Positions 28,268-38,605 of a stretch of DNA of 64,000 nucleotides are shown here, piece by piece; the first letter of the stretch is position 1; the number at the start of each line of letters is the position of its first letter. The DNA is from Thermoproteota archaeon (GTDB lineage Archaea; Korarchaeota; JAOZGF01; JAOZFZ01), in assembly GCA_027492035.1 (NCBI GenBank), contig JAOZFT010000004.1, positions 256,001 to 320,000 of the forward strand, written 5' to 3'. The position numbers were made by a program, and so were the translations under genes. Under the pieces are notes generated by a model. It had not been told where the DNA came from and did not search any database. It saw nothing but the letters and a program-made list of their open reading frames with translations.

Positions 28268-29479
28268 ATGTTTCTGAAGGCTGAACTTGGGAAATTGAAA
28301 GTAGGTCTTGGAGAAAAAGTTGCGGTAGTAGCTGTAATGAATTTAAGTCCTGAATCCTTTTATAAACCCTCTGTGCAAACGCGTGAAAATGCTTTAATTT
28401 ATGCACAGAAATGTATAGAGGAAGGAGCAGATATAATAGACGTGGGGGCTGTTTCCTCTGCCCCCCCAAGTATTTACGGGTTAAAGGAAAAAATTTCTGT
28501 TAGAGAAGAAATTAAAAGATTAGAACCCGTACTAAAGGAGCTAACGGCCAATTTAAGCATTCCTCTTTCTGTGGACACTCACAGGTGGGAGGCAGCAGAA
28601 TTAGCCCTTAAAAAGGGTGTAAACATTATAAATGACATTAGTGGATTTAAAAAAGACTTGAGAGTGGCGGAGAAAGTGGCTGAATACGGTGCATCAGCTT
28701 TCCTTATGGCTTGTAAACAGGAGCCAGGCGATGTTTGTGGAATAAATGAAATATGTAAAGTTTTGGGTGATAGCTTAGCTATAGCTTCATCTTCAGGTGT
28801 GAACCTTAACAAAATTGTTCTTGACCCGGGAGTAGGATTTGGCAAAGATCCACAATGTGACTTAAAAATATTAAGGGATTTAAGGAGGTTTTACTTGTTG
28901 GGTAGGCCCATCATGGTTGGTGTTTCCCGTAAACACTTTATAGGTGAATGCTTAGGAGGAGTTCCCCCTGAGGAAAGACTAATAGGTTCTTTAGCCGCAA
29001 CTTCCATTGCTGTTTTTAAAGGTGCACATGTAATCCGCACCCATGACGTTAAGGAAACTGTTGAAGCAGTGAAAGTTGCTGAAAGAATTAGAGGAGACAT
29101 TAAGACTTTGTCTTCTGGTTGCGTTTCAGCTGTGGACATAGATTTTTTGGAAACATGTGAGGACTTAGAAAATTACTTGTTTACGTTGGGGGTTGGTAAA
29201 GAAGGGATTAAAAGAATGCGTGAGAAGGGAGTGTTTCATGTTTTCCTTTTACGAAACTTAAGCACTCCTGCAGTGTTGGTTTTAAAACAATTATTCCTTG
29301 CTGCGGGGGGTGAGTTAGCAACTCATAAAGATGTCATAGATTTCAATATTGAGAGGTCAGATGTTTTAGTTTTAGCTACTGAGGAACAAGTTAGGAAAGT
29401 TGTTAAGAACCTTAGAACAAACTCTTTTGGTTTAAGAGAGGTTAAGTTTGTACTTGAAAGAATGTTGGAGATGGGATAG
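28268..29479 (+). CDS. folP: Dihydropteroate synthase with extra C-terminal domain
   Basis: NLSPESF, ADIIDVG, SVDT, INDISG, DPGVGFGK, GVSRK, RTHDV. Confidence 0.92.
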   Translation: MFLKAELGKLKVGLGEKVAVVAVMNLSPESFYKPSVQTRENALIYAQKCIEEGADIIDVGAVSSAPPSIYGLKEKISVREEIKRLEPVLKELTANLSIPLSVDTHRWEAAELALKKGVNIINDISGFKKDLRVAEKVAEYGASAFLMACKQEPGDVCGINEICKVLGDSLAIASSSGVNLNKIVLDPGVGFGKDPQCDLKILRDLRRFYLLGRPIMVGVSRKHFIGECLGGVPPEERLIGSLAATSIAVFKGAHVIRTHDVKETVEAVKVAERIRGDIKTLSSGCVSAVDIDFLETCEDLENYLFTLGVGKEGIKRMREKGVFHVFLLRNLSTPAVLVLKQLFLAAGGELATHKDVIDFNIERSDVLVLATEEQVRKVVKNLRTNSFGLREVKFVLERMLEMG

Positions 29480-29509
29480 TATGCTTTTTAAGGGATTTAA
29501 AGGTGGTTT

Positions 29510-30022
29510 GTGACGATATCTCGTGATTTACGTCTTTCAGCTGGAACTCTTGAGAAGGAATTGAAGAAACCGAAAGGAGAACTTTTCAAGAAGTTTCAGG
29601 AACTTGATAAAGTCTTGTTAGAAGCCAAGTACTTAGTTACTGTCGGTGACTTTGTTTCCTTTTCAGCTTTAGAAAACAATATTCAACCTAACCTGATGAT
29701 TATAGATAGGAAAGTTGAAAGGAAAGAATTTGTTTTTAGAATCCCAAACAACTACCTTCTGCTTAACACAATCAACCCTAAAGGGTTTGTAACTGTTAAG
29801 GCTTTTAAGGCTGTTAAAGAATCACTTAAACTTATTGGGACTGGTTTTAGGGTTTGTTTAATTGTTTGTGGTGAGGAAGATTTGTTAGGGTTCCCGGTTG
29901 TTTTACTTTTCCCATTAAGCACTGTAATGTTGTATGGGCAGCCTGGTGAAGGAATTGTAGCTGTCAAAATAGATAACGAAAGCAAAAACGAAGCAAAAAA
30001 GCTTCTTTCCCTTTTTGAGTAA
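29510..30022 (+). CDS. GTP-dependent dephospho-CoA kinase (DUF359)
   Basis: ELK.P.G.L, VTVGD, D.KV.R, NP.G, GEEDLL, YGQPGEG. Confidence 0.9.
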   Translation: MTISRDLRLSAGTLEKELKKPKGELFKKFQELDKVLLEAKYLVTVGDFVSFSALENNIQPNLMIIDRKVERKEFVFRIPNNYLLLNTINPKGFVTVKAFKAVKESLKLIGTGFRVCLIVCGEEDLLGFPVVLLFPLSTVMLYGQPGEGIVAVKIDNESKNEAKKLLSLFE

Positions 30023-30033
30023 GGGTCTCTTTT

Positions 30034-31140
30034 CTAACTTAACCAGTCCCTTTCCTCCATTTTCTTAGGAATGTAGACATCTGACAAGTAAGTTATGTTT
30101 TTTGAACACAAGGCCTGGACTTCAGCTTTTTCCTTCCTTTCTAGCATTAACTGGAATTCTTCTTGGTACCTTTTGTTTTTAAACCATGGATAATTACTTA
30201 TTTCACTTAACCTTTTTATATCTGCTTCAGTCATTTTTAACCTTGCATATTTAGGCACTTTATATTTATCTAAGTCGCTTGGAAGTAGGCCAAGTAATTT
30301 AGCGTCTTGTGTGGCTAGTCTAGGTGTGTCGAAAGAGAGCTGTATAGAACCTCTTTTATAAACGCTTGCTATGTAAAAACCGTAAGGGTCGCTGTCCACC
30401 AAAATATAAACTGGCAGTTTCAATTCTTCCCTTAATCTTTTAACGAATCTACGAGTTGCTACATCTGCTTGACCTTTACCTGTGACAAGTATACACTTCT
30501 GTTTCTTCCATATTTTGTCTTCAACCAGTCTGAAAAAAGCTGCATCCTTTTCAATCACTAAAACGTACTCTGCACCATAATCTACAAATTCTACTTCGTC
30601 CACTAAGGGAGTTATTGACCAACCGCCTGTGCCCAGTCTGGAGCAATCAATTAAATCCCCCTTATCCCTGATTTTTATTTCCCCTACGCAAACTCCTTTC
30701 GCACTTGCAATTACTCCTAAGTTTTCTCTGTATACCCCCATCATAGCCGCTATGTCTTCTATTATTGCGTCTGATTCATTCTGCGTCTCAAAAATATATG
30801 CTCTGTTATAGAAGATGTCTCTTAACTGGGCGTGAATATTTCTTCTTAAAAGTTCAGTTATTGTGGAACTTACAGCAACTGTTTGAGTGAATTTTCTGAC
30901 GTTTTTCATGTTAAAGAAGTCTCTTTTCATTAAAATCTTTTTCAATAGAATTAAGTCTTTCTCTTCATCGTAAACTACTACCTCCTTTTTTCTAGCAGGT
31001 ATTTCAAGGAAAGGGTTTTGTCTTTTCCTTATTTGTGAAAGGATTCTAAGGAAAATTTCATTTAACATTTTGTCAATTAGTTTTTCCCTTTCTATTTTCT
31101 CCGCAAGAATTATATATTCCTCATTTTCCTTCTTTTTCAA
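30034..31140 (-). CDS. top6A: DNA topoisomerase VI subunit A
   Basis: LRDIFY (catalytic Tyr), F..Q.ESD..IED, IEKDA, TGKGQ.D..TR, D.DPYG, KAE.QAL. Confidence 0.95.
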   Translation of the reverse strand: MKKKENEEYIILAEKIEREKLIDKMLNEIFLRILSQIRKRQNPFLEIPARKKEVVVYDEEKDLILLKKILMKRDFFNMKNVRKFTQTVAVSSTITELLRRNIHAQLRDIFYNRAYIFETQNESDAIIEDIAAMMGVYRENLGVIASAKGVCVGEIKIRDKGDLIDCSRLGTGGWSITPLVDEVEFVDYGAEYVLVIEKDAAFFRLVEDKIWKKQKCILVTGKGQADVATRRFVKRLREELKLPVYILVDSDPYGFYIASVYKRGSIQLSFDTPRLATQDAKLLGLLPSDLDKYKVPKYARLKMTEADIKRLSEISNYPWFKNKRYQEEFQLMLERKEKAEVQALCSKNITYLSDVYIPKKMEERDWLS

Positions 31141-32666
31141 GTGAAACCTCCTCCCGATATTTTCTCAGAAACAAAGTTGAGAAATTCTCTTCTCACCTTT
31201 TCTTCATCCACTCCCTTCACTGTTTCAGCTATGAATCTTGAAACAAGTTCTGCGTGTTTACTGAATAATTTGAAAGCCTTCATTTTCCTTTCCTTTGCCT
31301 CTTTTTTATGCAGGAAATTTTGTAACTCTTTACAAACTTTTAAAATACCTAAATGTATTTCTCTTCTTATTTCAGGTTTGTTTGCAATGTATTCCTTACC
31401 TAAGGTTTTGTAAGGTACACTTGTTGAACAGATATGTACAAAGACAGCTAAGGGTGAATTTGTCTTTACATCATACCTTTTCCAATTTATTTTCTTTATT
31501 ACTCTTGTTGAAACGTCGTTCCATTCATCGTAGAGTAAAGGTATCCTGTTTGCGAATCTGTACAGTTTAATTTCTTCATTTACAGGGATCTTGCCACCCC
31601 AAGCTAAAGCCACTTCCACAATGAAAGGGTGTCCTTCATAGGCTTTCGGTGGTCTTTGAGTGGCGGTTACAAATTCAGGTTCCAAAACCCTTTTTATACC
31701 CATTACAAACGTCTCTACCCCTATCGGAGCAAGTGAAGATGCATCTGGAGGCTTTATTCCTTCGAAATTCCTTAGCCCTTTCACTATCCTTCTTTTCTCT
31801 CCTTCGCTTAACTCTTTAACCCTTTTATTTGGATCCACTTTTGCCATTTCCAAAATCTTTAGACTTGTTTTCTTCCCTAAAGCTTGAAACTCCTTTCTAA
31901 GAAAATTAATTACTTTATCCCTTTCTCTCCTCCTGCATAATCTGTTAAATAATTCGAAATTCGCTCCTTTTGGGTGAGGTTTTGATTCCTTCGGTGTGGA
32001 AGGTACTTCTTTTGTTACTCTTCCATAAATGATTCTGTTTCCATCAGGCTCAATAAATTCGATAGTTGCGTAGGGGGCAACCATTGCTGTTTGTTTTATA
32101 TACTCTATGATTTTGTCTCTAGACCTTTTATAGTTTCCCTCAATCCATAACTCTATGATTGTCCCATGTTTATTTGTATTATTTAATTCAACAGCTTCTT
32201 CTAGGTTTCTAGGTTCTGTGACAGGTAAATTGTTTAATATGTCAATCTTTATTTTTAAATCGGTTATGTAATCCTTAGTGATCGAAACAACATGTACTGG
32301 CTTCTGAGTTGTTATTTGCCCATACATAACGGCCATTGTTCCTCCCATTCCGAACCTTCCCCTATGCTGTTTCATCATGTACTTTGAAGAATAAAAAACT
32401 TTGCCGAAGCTTTCAGGTATGTTTTCTGGTGGAATACCAGGTCCGTTATCTTCAACTACTATCTTGAACATATTCTTCTCTTCTTCTTCCAGTTTCACTT
32501 TTATATCAGGTAAATAACCAGCTGTTTCGCAAGCGTCTAAACTGTTTTCCACAAGTTCACGTACTGCAGTATAAAGTGCTCTACCAGGGTTGTCAAAACC
32601 ACAGACATCCATGTTTTCATAAAAGAAGTCAGCTGGTGATTTCTCTTTGAAGGTTTCATTACCCAT
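31137..32666 (-). CDS. top6B: DNA topoisomerase VI subunit B
   Basis: S.A.FF, RELVENSLDA, EDNGPGI, KPHP, YEGHPFIVE, RFANRIPLL. Confidence 0.96.
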   Translation of the reverse strand: MGNETFKEKSPADFFYENMDVCGFDNPGRALYTAVRELVENSLDACETAGYLPDIKVKLEEEEKNMFKIVVEDNGPGIPPENIPESFGKVFYSSKYMMKQHRGRFGMGGTMAVMYGQITTQKPVHVVSITKDYITDLKIKIDILNNLPVTEPRNLEEAVELNNTNKHGTIIELWIEGNYKRSRDKIIEYIKQTAMVAPYATIEFIEPDGNRIIYGRVTKEVPSTPKESKPHPKGANFELFNRLCRRRERDKVINFLRKEFQALGKKTSLKILEMAKVDPNKRVKELSEGEKRRIVKGLRNFEGIKPPDASSLAPIGVETFVMGIKRVLEPEFVTATQRPPKAYEGHPFIVEVALAWGGKIPVNEEIKLYRFANRIPLLYDEWNDVSTRVIKKINWKRYDVKTNSPLAVFVHICSTSVPYKTLGKEYIANKPEIRREIHLGILKVCKELQNFLHKKEAKERKMKAFKLFSKHAELVSRFIAETVKGVDEEKVRREFLNFVSEKISGGGFT

Positions 32667-32823
32667 TGCACTTTTCCTCTTTAATTTTGATGTTTATGGA
32701 AAGAATTTTATTTTTTTTAAAATGTTTTAAAAGAATACTGATAAAGTAGTTATTCGTTCAAATTTAAATTATTTCCTTGCGATCGTCCTTTCTTGTTTCG
32801 ACAATTTTTTTAGGTGAGAAGAA

Positions 32824-33420
32824 ATGCATTTTCTCCTAATAACCTTTTTCGCTGGTTTGTTTTCATTCATAACAGGTTATTATCTTTACCGTAAACTCAA
32901 AATCCCCTTCACTAGCTTCATTTTTTCTCTCCTTCTTTTCGCATATTTAACCACCACTTCAGAAAACTTCTTCATTTCTATACCTTTCAACTACGTAGTT
33001 GATTTCGCTATGAACCTAGACACTTTCGTAAGGGGAAAATACTATGTAGCAGTTACATCTATTTTCCTGCATTTTAACTTTTTCCATTTATTCTTCAACT
33101 GTTTCGCTTTGTATCTGTTTGGAAAGTTTTACGAGGAAGTTTATGGTGTAAAGAAAGCATTCATTGTTTTCTTTCTTTCAGGAGTTATCTCAAATTTAGC
33201 ATACTCTGTTGCATTGCCTAAAGTTTACAGCTTAGGTGCTTCAGCCGCTATCCTTGGAATGTTCGGTGGTGTACTTTCCTATAAGCTCCAACATAAAACC
33301 AGTTTACTTCCAGACTTAGTAGTTGCCATTTTTTTAGTTTTAGGCGGCGGATTGCCTAACGTAAACATTGTAGCTCACTTAACAGGATTAGTTACTGGTT
33401 TTCTGTTATCTAAAAAATAA
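32824..33420 (+). CDS. Rhomboid-family intramembrane serine protease
   Basis: TSIFLH...HL.FN, GASAA, AHLTG...G. Confidence 0.9.
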   Translation: MHFLLITFFAGLFSFITGYYLYRKLKIPFTSFIFSLLLFAYLTTTSENFFISIPFNYVVDFAMNLDTFVRGKYYVAVTSIFLHFNFFHLFFNCFALYLFGKFYEEVYGVKKAFIVFFLSGVISNLAYSVALPKVYSLGASAAILGMFGGVLSYKLQHKTSLLPDLVVAIFLVLGGGLPNVNIVAHLTGLVTGFLLSKK

Positions 33421-33515
33421 AAAGGAAACACTGTAATGAAATATTCCTGAAAACAGGAACCTCCTTTGCGGAGGAGGAAAAATTATTTAAATTTTTCGAA
33501 AAATTTAAATAAAAA

Positions 33516-34511
33516 ATGGTAAATGATTACTTGATGAGAGAGAAAAGCGAAAAAACAAAAAAGAAACTGGTAATGGAAGAAATTACGAAATGTCCCTATT
33601 GCGGGGCAGATTCCAAGTATTTCTTCACAGACTCTAGGGAAGGAAAAATAATTTGTACAAAATGTGGGACAATAATCAGTGAAAGAATAATTGATAGGGG
33701 ACCTGAGTACCGTGTCTTTGACTCTGAAGATGTTGGGAAAGTAAGAGCTGGACCTCCTATTAGCCCAAGAGCCCTAGATTTAGGAGTAAACACAATAATA
33801 ACAGCAACAGGTGCAGAATACAGTGCAGGAAAAGTAAGGGACACGATTCTATATCACAGATTAAAAAAAATGGACAGCAGAACAAAAATGCATAATTCAC
33901 AAAGAAGGAATTTTGTAAAAGCAACCAGAGTTTTGGATAAAGTCACGCCAATCCTGAACCTGCCAGGTTACGTAAAAAATGAAGCCATAAAAATCTATAA
34001 ATACGTCCTACAGAACGATTTAGTAAAGGGCAGAAGTGTTGTCCCAATGATAGCTGGTGCAGTTTACATAGCCTGCCGCAGACACCAAATTCCACATCCG
34101 CTTAGACAAATAGCTCAAGCCTTCAATATAAAAGAGAAAGAACTTGGAAAAAGTTCAAGGCTTCTGATGAAAAAAGTAGGGATAAAAGTTTTACCTGCAG
34201 ATCCTGTAAGTTACGTACCCCAACTCTGTGCAAAACTTGGCCTACCCCCAAAAATCCAAACACTGGCTATGCAAATAATTGAAGAAGCAAAAAAAAGGAA
34301 CCTAGCCATAGGCAAAGACCCTAAAGGAACATCTGCGGCAGCTGTCTACTTAGCATGCAGGCTCCTAAAAGAACGGCAGACCCAACGGAAACTAGCTGAA
34401 TCAGCCGGTGTAACAGAAGTAACAGTTAGAAATAGGTACAAAAACATGAGAAAGGGGCTCATGGATTTAATAAATAAATATGAGAAAAAGAACAAAACAG
34501 GAGAAACCTGA
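33516..34511 (+). CDS. tfb: Transcription initiation factor IIB
   Basis: CPYC..C.KCG Zn ribbon, D.GPE.R, KGRS, GKDP.G..AA..Y, VTEVTVRNRY. Confidence 0.96.
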   Translation: MVNDYLMREKSEKTKKKLVMEEITKCPYCGADSKYFFTDSREGKIICTKCGTIISERIIDRGPEYRVFDSEDVGKVRAGPPISPRALDLGVNTIITATGAEYSAGKVRDTILYHRLKKMDSRTKMHNSQRRNFVKATRVLDKVTPILNLPGYVKNEAIKIYKYVLQNDLVKGRSVVPMIAGAVYIACRRHQIPHPLRQIAQAFNIKEKELGKSSRLLMKKVGIKVLPADPVSYVPQLCAKLGLPPKIQTLAMQIIEEAKKRNLAIGKDPKGTSAAAVYLACRLLKERQTQRKLAESAGVTEVTVRNRYKNMRKGLMDLINKYEKKNKTGET

Positions 34512-34605
34512 AGGGTACCAATTCAGCCAGGCCGCATGGAGTTAATAAATTTCTAAAGTTTCTTGGCTGTTTTCTCGTTAAAACTCTTCCCTTTTACGTA
34601 TTGTT

Positions 34606-34908
34606 CTAATCAATTTCTATATTATCTTCGTTGAAGCCAAACTTCACCAGTAACTCAAGAGCCCTTCTCCTATGGTCCCCCTGCAGAATAATGTTCCCAT
34701 TTTTAACAGTTCCTCCGCAAGCAAGTTTACTTTTTAATTTCACAGCTAAATCTTGGACATTGATATCTTTCCCATCAAGTCCCTTTATTACTGTAACCAT
34801 TTTGCCAAATCTTTTCTTTTCAGCTGTAATAGTTATAAGCTGTTCTCCTTTAGCAACTCCCTCAAACAGTTCCTTAGGTAAACCCCACTTCTTCACTATC
34901 TCACTCAT
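34606..34908 (-). CDS. Translation initiation factor aIF-1 (SUI1)
   Basis: [25 protein letters not shown]. Confidence 0.94.
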   Translation of the reverse strand: MSEIVKKWGLPKELFEGVAKGEQLITITAEKKRFGKMVTVIKGLDGKDINVQDLAVKLKSKLACGGTVKNGNIILQGDHRRRALELLVKFGFNEDNIEID

Positions 34909-35198
34909 AGCCTACTTTTCCACCTGACAAAAGTAAAGCACTGTGCAAACCTTCCTTTATACTCTAACCCTATATCTCATTACCCTTTCACACACTAATA
35001 CATTATAATACCTTATTTAAATTTTTGCCAAAAACCAAAATGAAACAGGCAGCAAAACCAACTAAATTCTTTCCTTAACTTAAAAATTTTCAAAAAACAA
35101 CGGCCACAAAAAACAAAAAAATTAAAAACAAATAAAGATAAAAAAAGTAAACTTAAAACCTAGTAAAGGAAATCTTTTCAACATGGAAGGGTGCTTCT

Positions 35199-35342
35199 AT
35201 GTACATTTGTGAAAGATGCGGAAAAGAAATATCGCGAAAAGAACTAGAAGAAACACCAGGCATCCTAAGATGTCCAGAATGCGGCTTCCATGTCTTCATA
35301 AAGAAAAGGCCGCCGATAACAAAAAAGGTCAAGGCAATATAA
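35199..35342 (+). CDS. rpoP: RNA polymerase subunit P (Rpo12); not in ORF track
   Basis: 47 aa MYICERCG...RCPECGFHVFIKKRPPITKKVKAI. Confidence 0.9.
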   Translation: MYICERCGKEISRKELEETPGILRCPECGFHVFIKKRPPITKKVKAI

Positions 35343-35362
35343 AGGGAAAGGCGTAAAAAGTA

Positions 35363-36022
35363 ATGTTCACAGAACAAACACCGGAAAGAACACTAAAAAA
35401 AACAGTAACAAATAATAGGAACCCAGTAAACAAAATAAACAAAACAAAAAATAGCAACCAACCCAAAAAAGAAATAATAGACGCAGCAATAATAATACTT
35501 GTAACATTATTGATAAGTCAGCTGCTCTACCAAGTCCTAGCAATAACCCTAGGCATCCCCTTCCCAATACTCTATGTCTCAAGCCCATCTATGACTCCAA
35601 CCATAAACATAGGAGATCTAGTAATAGCGAAAAACATAAAACCAAGCCAAATAAAAGAAGGGGACATAATAATATTTAAAACACAAAGATCAACAGTCTA
35701 TCCCTACCCCATAATCCATAGAGTAATCAAGAAGGTGACAATAGACAACACCCTCTACCTTTACACAAAGGGGGATAACAACCTAATACAAGACCCATGG
35801 AACCCAATAAGCGAAAAAAGAGGAGACGAGATAATAGGAGAGCCCCTATTCATAATCCCGAAAATAGGATACGCGGCTATGTTCCTGCAATCGCCAATAG
35901 GAAAAGCAATCTCAATCCTATACATAATCCTCAGTTTTATCTACCTAGCGGGAACAGAGAACCTCAAAAAATTTTTAAAACCCAAAAACAAAAACAATAA
36001 AAAAGGAACGAAAGAAACATAA
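35363..36022 (+). CDS. Signal peptidase I (Sec11/SipW type)
   Basis: S.SM.P..GDL, GDII.F, IIHRV, TKGDNN..DP. Confidence 0.92.
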   Translation: MFTEQTPERTLKKTVTNNRNPVNKINKTKNSNQPKKEIIDAAIIILVTLLISQLLYQVLAITLGIPFPILYVSSPSMTPTINIGDLVIAKNIKPSQIKEGDIIIFKTQRSTVYPYPIIHRVIKKVTIDNTLYLYTKGDNNLIQDPWNPISEKRGDEIIGEPLFIIPKIGYAAMFLQSPIGKAISILYIILSFIYLAGTENLKKFLKPKNKNNKKGTKET

Positions 36023-36056
36023 AGGAAAAGAAAAAATAAAGAAGAGGCCTAAGCAA

Positions 36057-38132
36057 ATGAAAAAAACAACGAAACAACAAAAAAACAAAGAAAAAAACCT
36101 GCCAAGTACTCAATTAACTACTTCAACAAAGATTCTGCTTAAAATAAAAAATATAACACTTACAGAAAAAACAAAGCAAGCAATAACTTACACGCTAGTA
36201 ACCATGGCATTCATACTCTCAATTTACATCCGTCTACAACCAGCCTTAAGATTCGGGCCATATTTAACAGGAGACGACCCAGTTCTACACTATAGGCTAA
36301 CAAAATACGTAGTAGAAACAGGAAAACTGCCAGAAATAGATCCATTAGCCTGGTATCCATGGGGACAACACGTAACGCAGGCATTCCCTATCTTACATTA
36401 CTACCTAGGAGCATACCTCTATAAACTAACTCACCTAATACTTCCAAACCTGGACCTCTATACGTTCACGGTATACGAACCAGCCTACTTCAGCTCGCTA
36501 GCAATACCCCTAACCTACCTGATAACAAAAAAAATATGGAACAGAACAGCAGCAATATTCTCAACATATTTCGCAGCTCTAAACGGAGGATACTTAACAA
36601 GGACAATAGCAGGATTCTACAGACATGAACAATTCGCAATTCCCTTCATACTACTCTCACTCTACTTTACAATAACAGCCACCCAAACAAAAACACTCAA
36701 AAAAACAATCTTATACTCCCTCCTATCAGCCTTAGCAATCTTCACTTCAGCGGGATTATGGAAGGGGTACAGGTACCTACCAACAATATATGCATTAACA
36801 ACCTACCTCCTAATTCTACTGGAAAAAGCAAATCAAAAAAACTTAATAGCATTAACCCTCCCAACCATAGGAGAACTTATAGCAATCCCTATTTATCCAG
36901 AACTAACAGCTCACAAACTCCAAATAGACCATTACTTGGTAATCTCAGCCTTTTTTGCGGCAGCTGCAACACCACATTTCCAGAAACAAAAAACACGCCT
37001 TAAAAAATCCTTGCCGCCAATAATATTAGGAGCAATAATTGTAGCAGCCACCTACACATTGCTACACCCAACACTAGAAGGGAGACTGCAACTAATGCTA
37101 ACCCCGATAAGACAGCCAAAACTAGGAGACGTAAGATACACAGTAGCAGAACACGCCTCAGGAACATACTTCTTAAACTACATAAACTTCGGAGTAATTT
37201 ACATGGTAGCAAGTATAGCCCTGCTCTTATGGAGAAGAAGAAACGTAAACGACTACTTAATACCCTTAACAGTGATAATTTCACTTTATTTCAGCATAAG
37301 CCTAGTAAGAGTAGCGCCGCTCTACGCTGCATTCCTAGCACCAATCACCGGAATACCACTGGCATACGTAATAAACAAACTAAAACAAAAATGGGACACT
37401 ATGTGGTATATCTACCGCCAAACAACCAAGAAAAAGAAAGCGAAAAAAAGGAAGATAAAACCAAACACAAAACTGATAACCCCAACACTCCTGCTAACCT
37501 CATTAATAATACTGACACTACCCTACACAGGCTACCAAGGCTACATAATGGCGCATTCCTACCCACTAGGGTTAGCAACCTACAAAGGAAACCAAAGCGA
37601 ATGGTTCCAAGCATTAGCCTGGATAAAAAGCAACACAACGCCAACAGACATAATAGGTTCATGGTGGGACTATGGTTATTGGTTTGAGACTTATTGTAAC
37701 CGTTCAACTTTAGCTGATGGTGCTACAACTAACAGTAGTCAAATTAAGTTGTTAGCTAGGGCTTTCATGTCTGATGAGGCTTCTGCTTGGCGTTTCTTTA
37801 AAAGGTTCAATGTAAGTTACGTGGTCGTGGATGCTTTCCAGGAAATGGGTATCGGCTCCAAGCATCCCTTCTATGGTTTTGGTACGGGATCTAACTATAA
37901 ATGGACGGCTATGGCTGCAATTTTTGGTGTTTCAGCTAAAGATTACGTTAAATTTCAACAGACGCAGCAAACCGGTTATTTGTTCCTTCCCACAAGTTTG
38001 GCCCTGAATACTACCATTTTTAAGCTTTGTAGTTACCCTGAGTTTGGGAAGCAGTTAGGTATTGAGTTACAGTATTTTGAACTCGTTTATAAGTCTGAAC
38101 CTTATCCCGTGTATGTTTACAGGGTTAAATAG
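36057..38132 (+). CDS. aglB: Oligosaccharyltransferase (STT3/AglB)
   Basis: DP..HYR, WYPWG, RT.AG..RHE, TVAEH, SWWDYG, many TM helices. Confidence 0.93.
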   Translation: MKKTTKQQKNKEKNLPSTQLTTSTKILLKIKNITLTEKTKQAITYTLVTMAFILSIYIRLQPALRFGPYLTGDDPVLHYRLTKYVVETGKLPEIDPLAWYPWGQHVTQAFPILHYYLGAYLYKLTHLILPNLDLYTFTVYEPAYFSSLAIPLTYLITKKIWNRTAAIFSTYFAALNGGYLTRTIAGFYRHEQFAIPFILLSLYFTITATQTKTLKKTILYSLLSALAIFTSAGLWKGYRYLPTIYALTTYLLILLEKANQKNLIALTLPTIGELIAIPIYPELTAHKLQIDHYLVISAFFAAAATPHFQKQKTRLKKSLPPIILGAIIVAATYTLLHPTLEGRLQLMLTPIRQPKLGDVRYTVAEHASGTYFLNYINFGVIYMVASIALLLWRRRNVNDYLIPLTVIISLYFSISLVRVAPLYAAFLAPITGIPLAYVINKLKQKWDTMWYIYRQTTKKKKAKKRKIKPNTKLITPTLLLTSLIILTLPYTGYQGYIMAHSYPLGLATYKGNQSEWFQALAWIKSNTTPTDIIGSWWDYGYWFETYCNRSTLADGATTNSSQIKLLARAFMSDEASAWRFFKRFNVSYVVVDAFQEMGIGSKHPFYGFGTGSNYKWTAMAAIFGVSAKDYVKFQQTQQTGYLFLPTSLALNTTIFKLCSYPEFGKQLGIELQYFELVYKSEPYPVYVYRVK

Positions 38133-38605
38133 TTCTTTCCTTATCCTGGGAATTTCTGGATTCCCAGTAGTTTTGTAGCTTTTATTGAATATTTTCTGGT
38201 ATCCTCTTTCCTTTAGCTTTCTCTTTCGTGTCGATGTCATCCATTTTATTGCTGGGTTTTCTTTTAATTTTTTGGGTTGAATTCTTTTATTCTAGTAGAT
38301 GCATGATACTGGAGAATCTTTCTATTTATTGCTTTTTTGAGTGTTTTCCTCCTCTTGAGTTGTTTGCTTATTTTCCTTTTTTAGCTGTTTTTCCGTTCCT
38401 TTTTCTGTGTTCTTCCAGTTTAGGTAAAGAAAAGAAGTTTTGCCAGGTTACATGGACTCCTCAAGCTTATTCCTTTTAAAGAAACTTGTTGCAGGGTCAA
38501 CAATTAAGAAAGCTGTTGAGGAAGCAATTAAAGAGGTTGGTGTGGACCCTTTTTCAGAATTCAAACCCATTACTATCCTCTGTGGAGAGAAGGCCGGAAA
38601 CTATC

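Noticed and set aside
35367-37707. Extra Lys/Asn/Thr-rich and Leu-rich ORFs inside the signal peptidase and aglB genes
   Set aside because: By-products of the extreme A/C skew, which depletes stop codons in alternative frames
37600-37750. Calling the skew switch a replication origin
   Set aside because: It is intragenic, with no ORB-like repeats or adjacent orc1/cdc6; kept only as an unexplained skew finding
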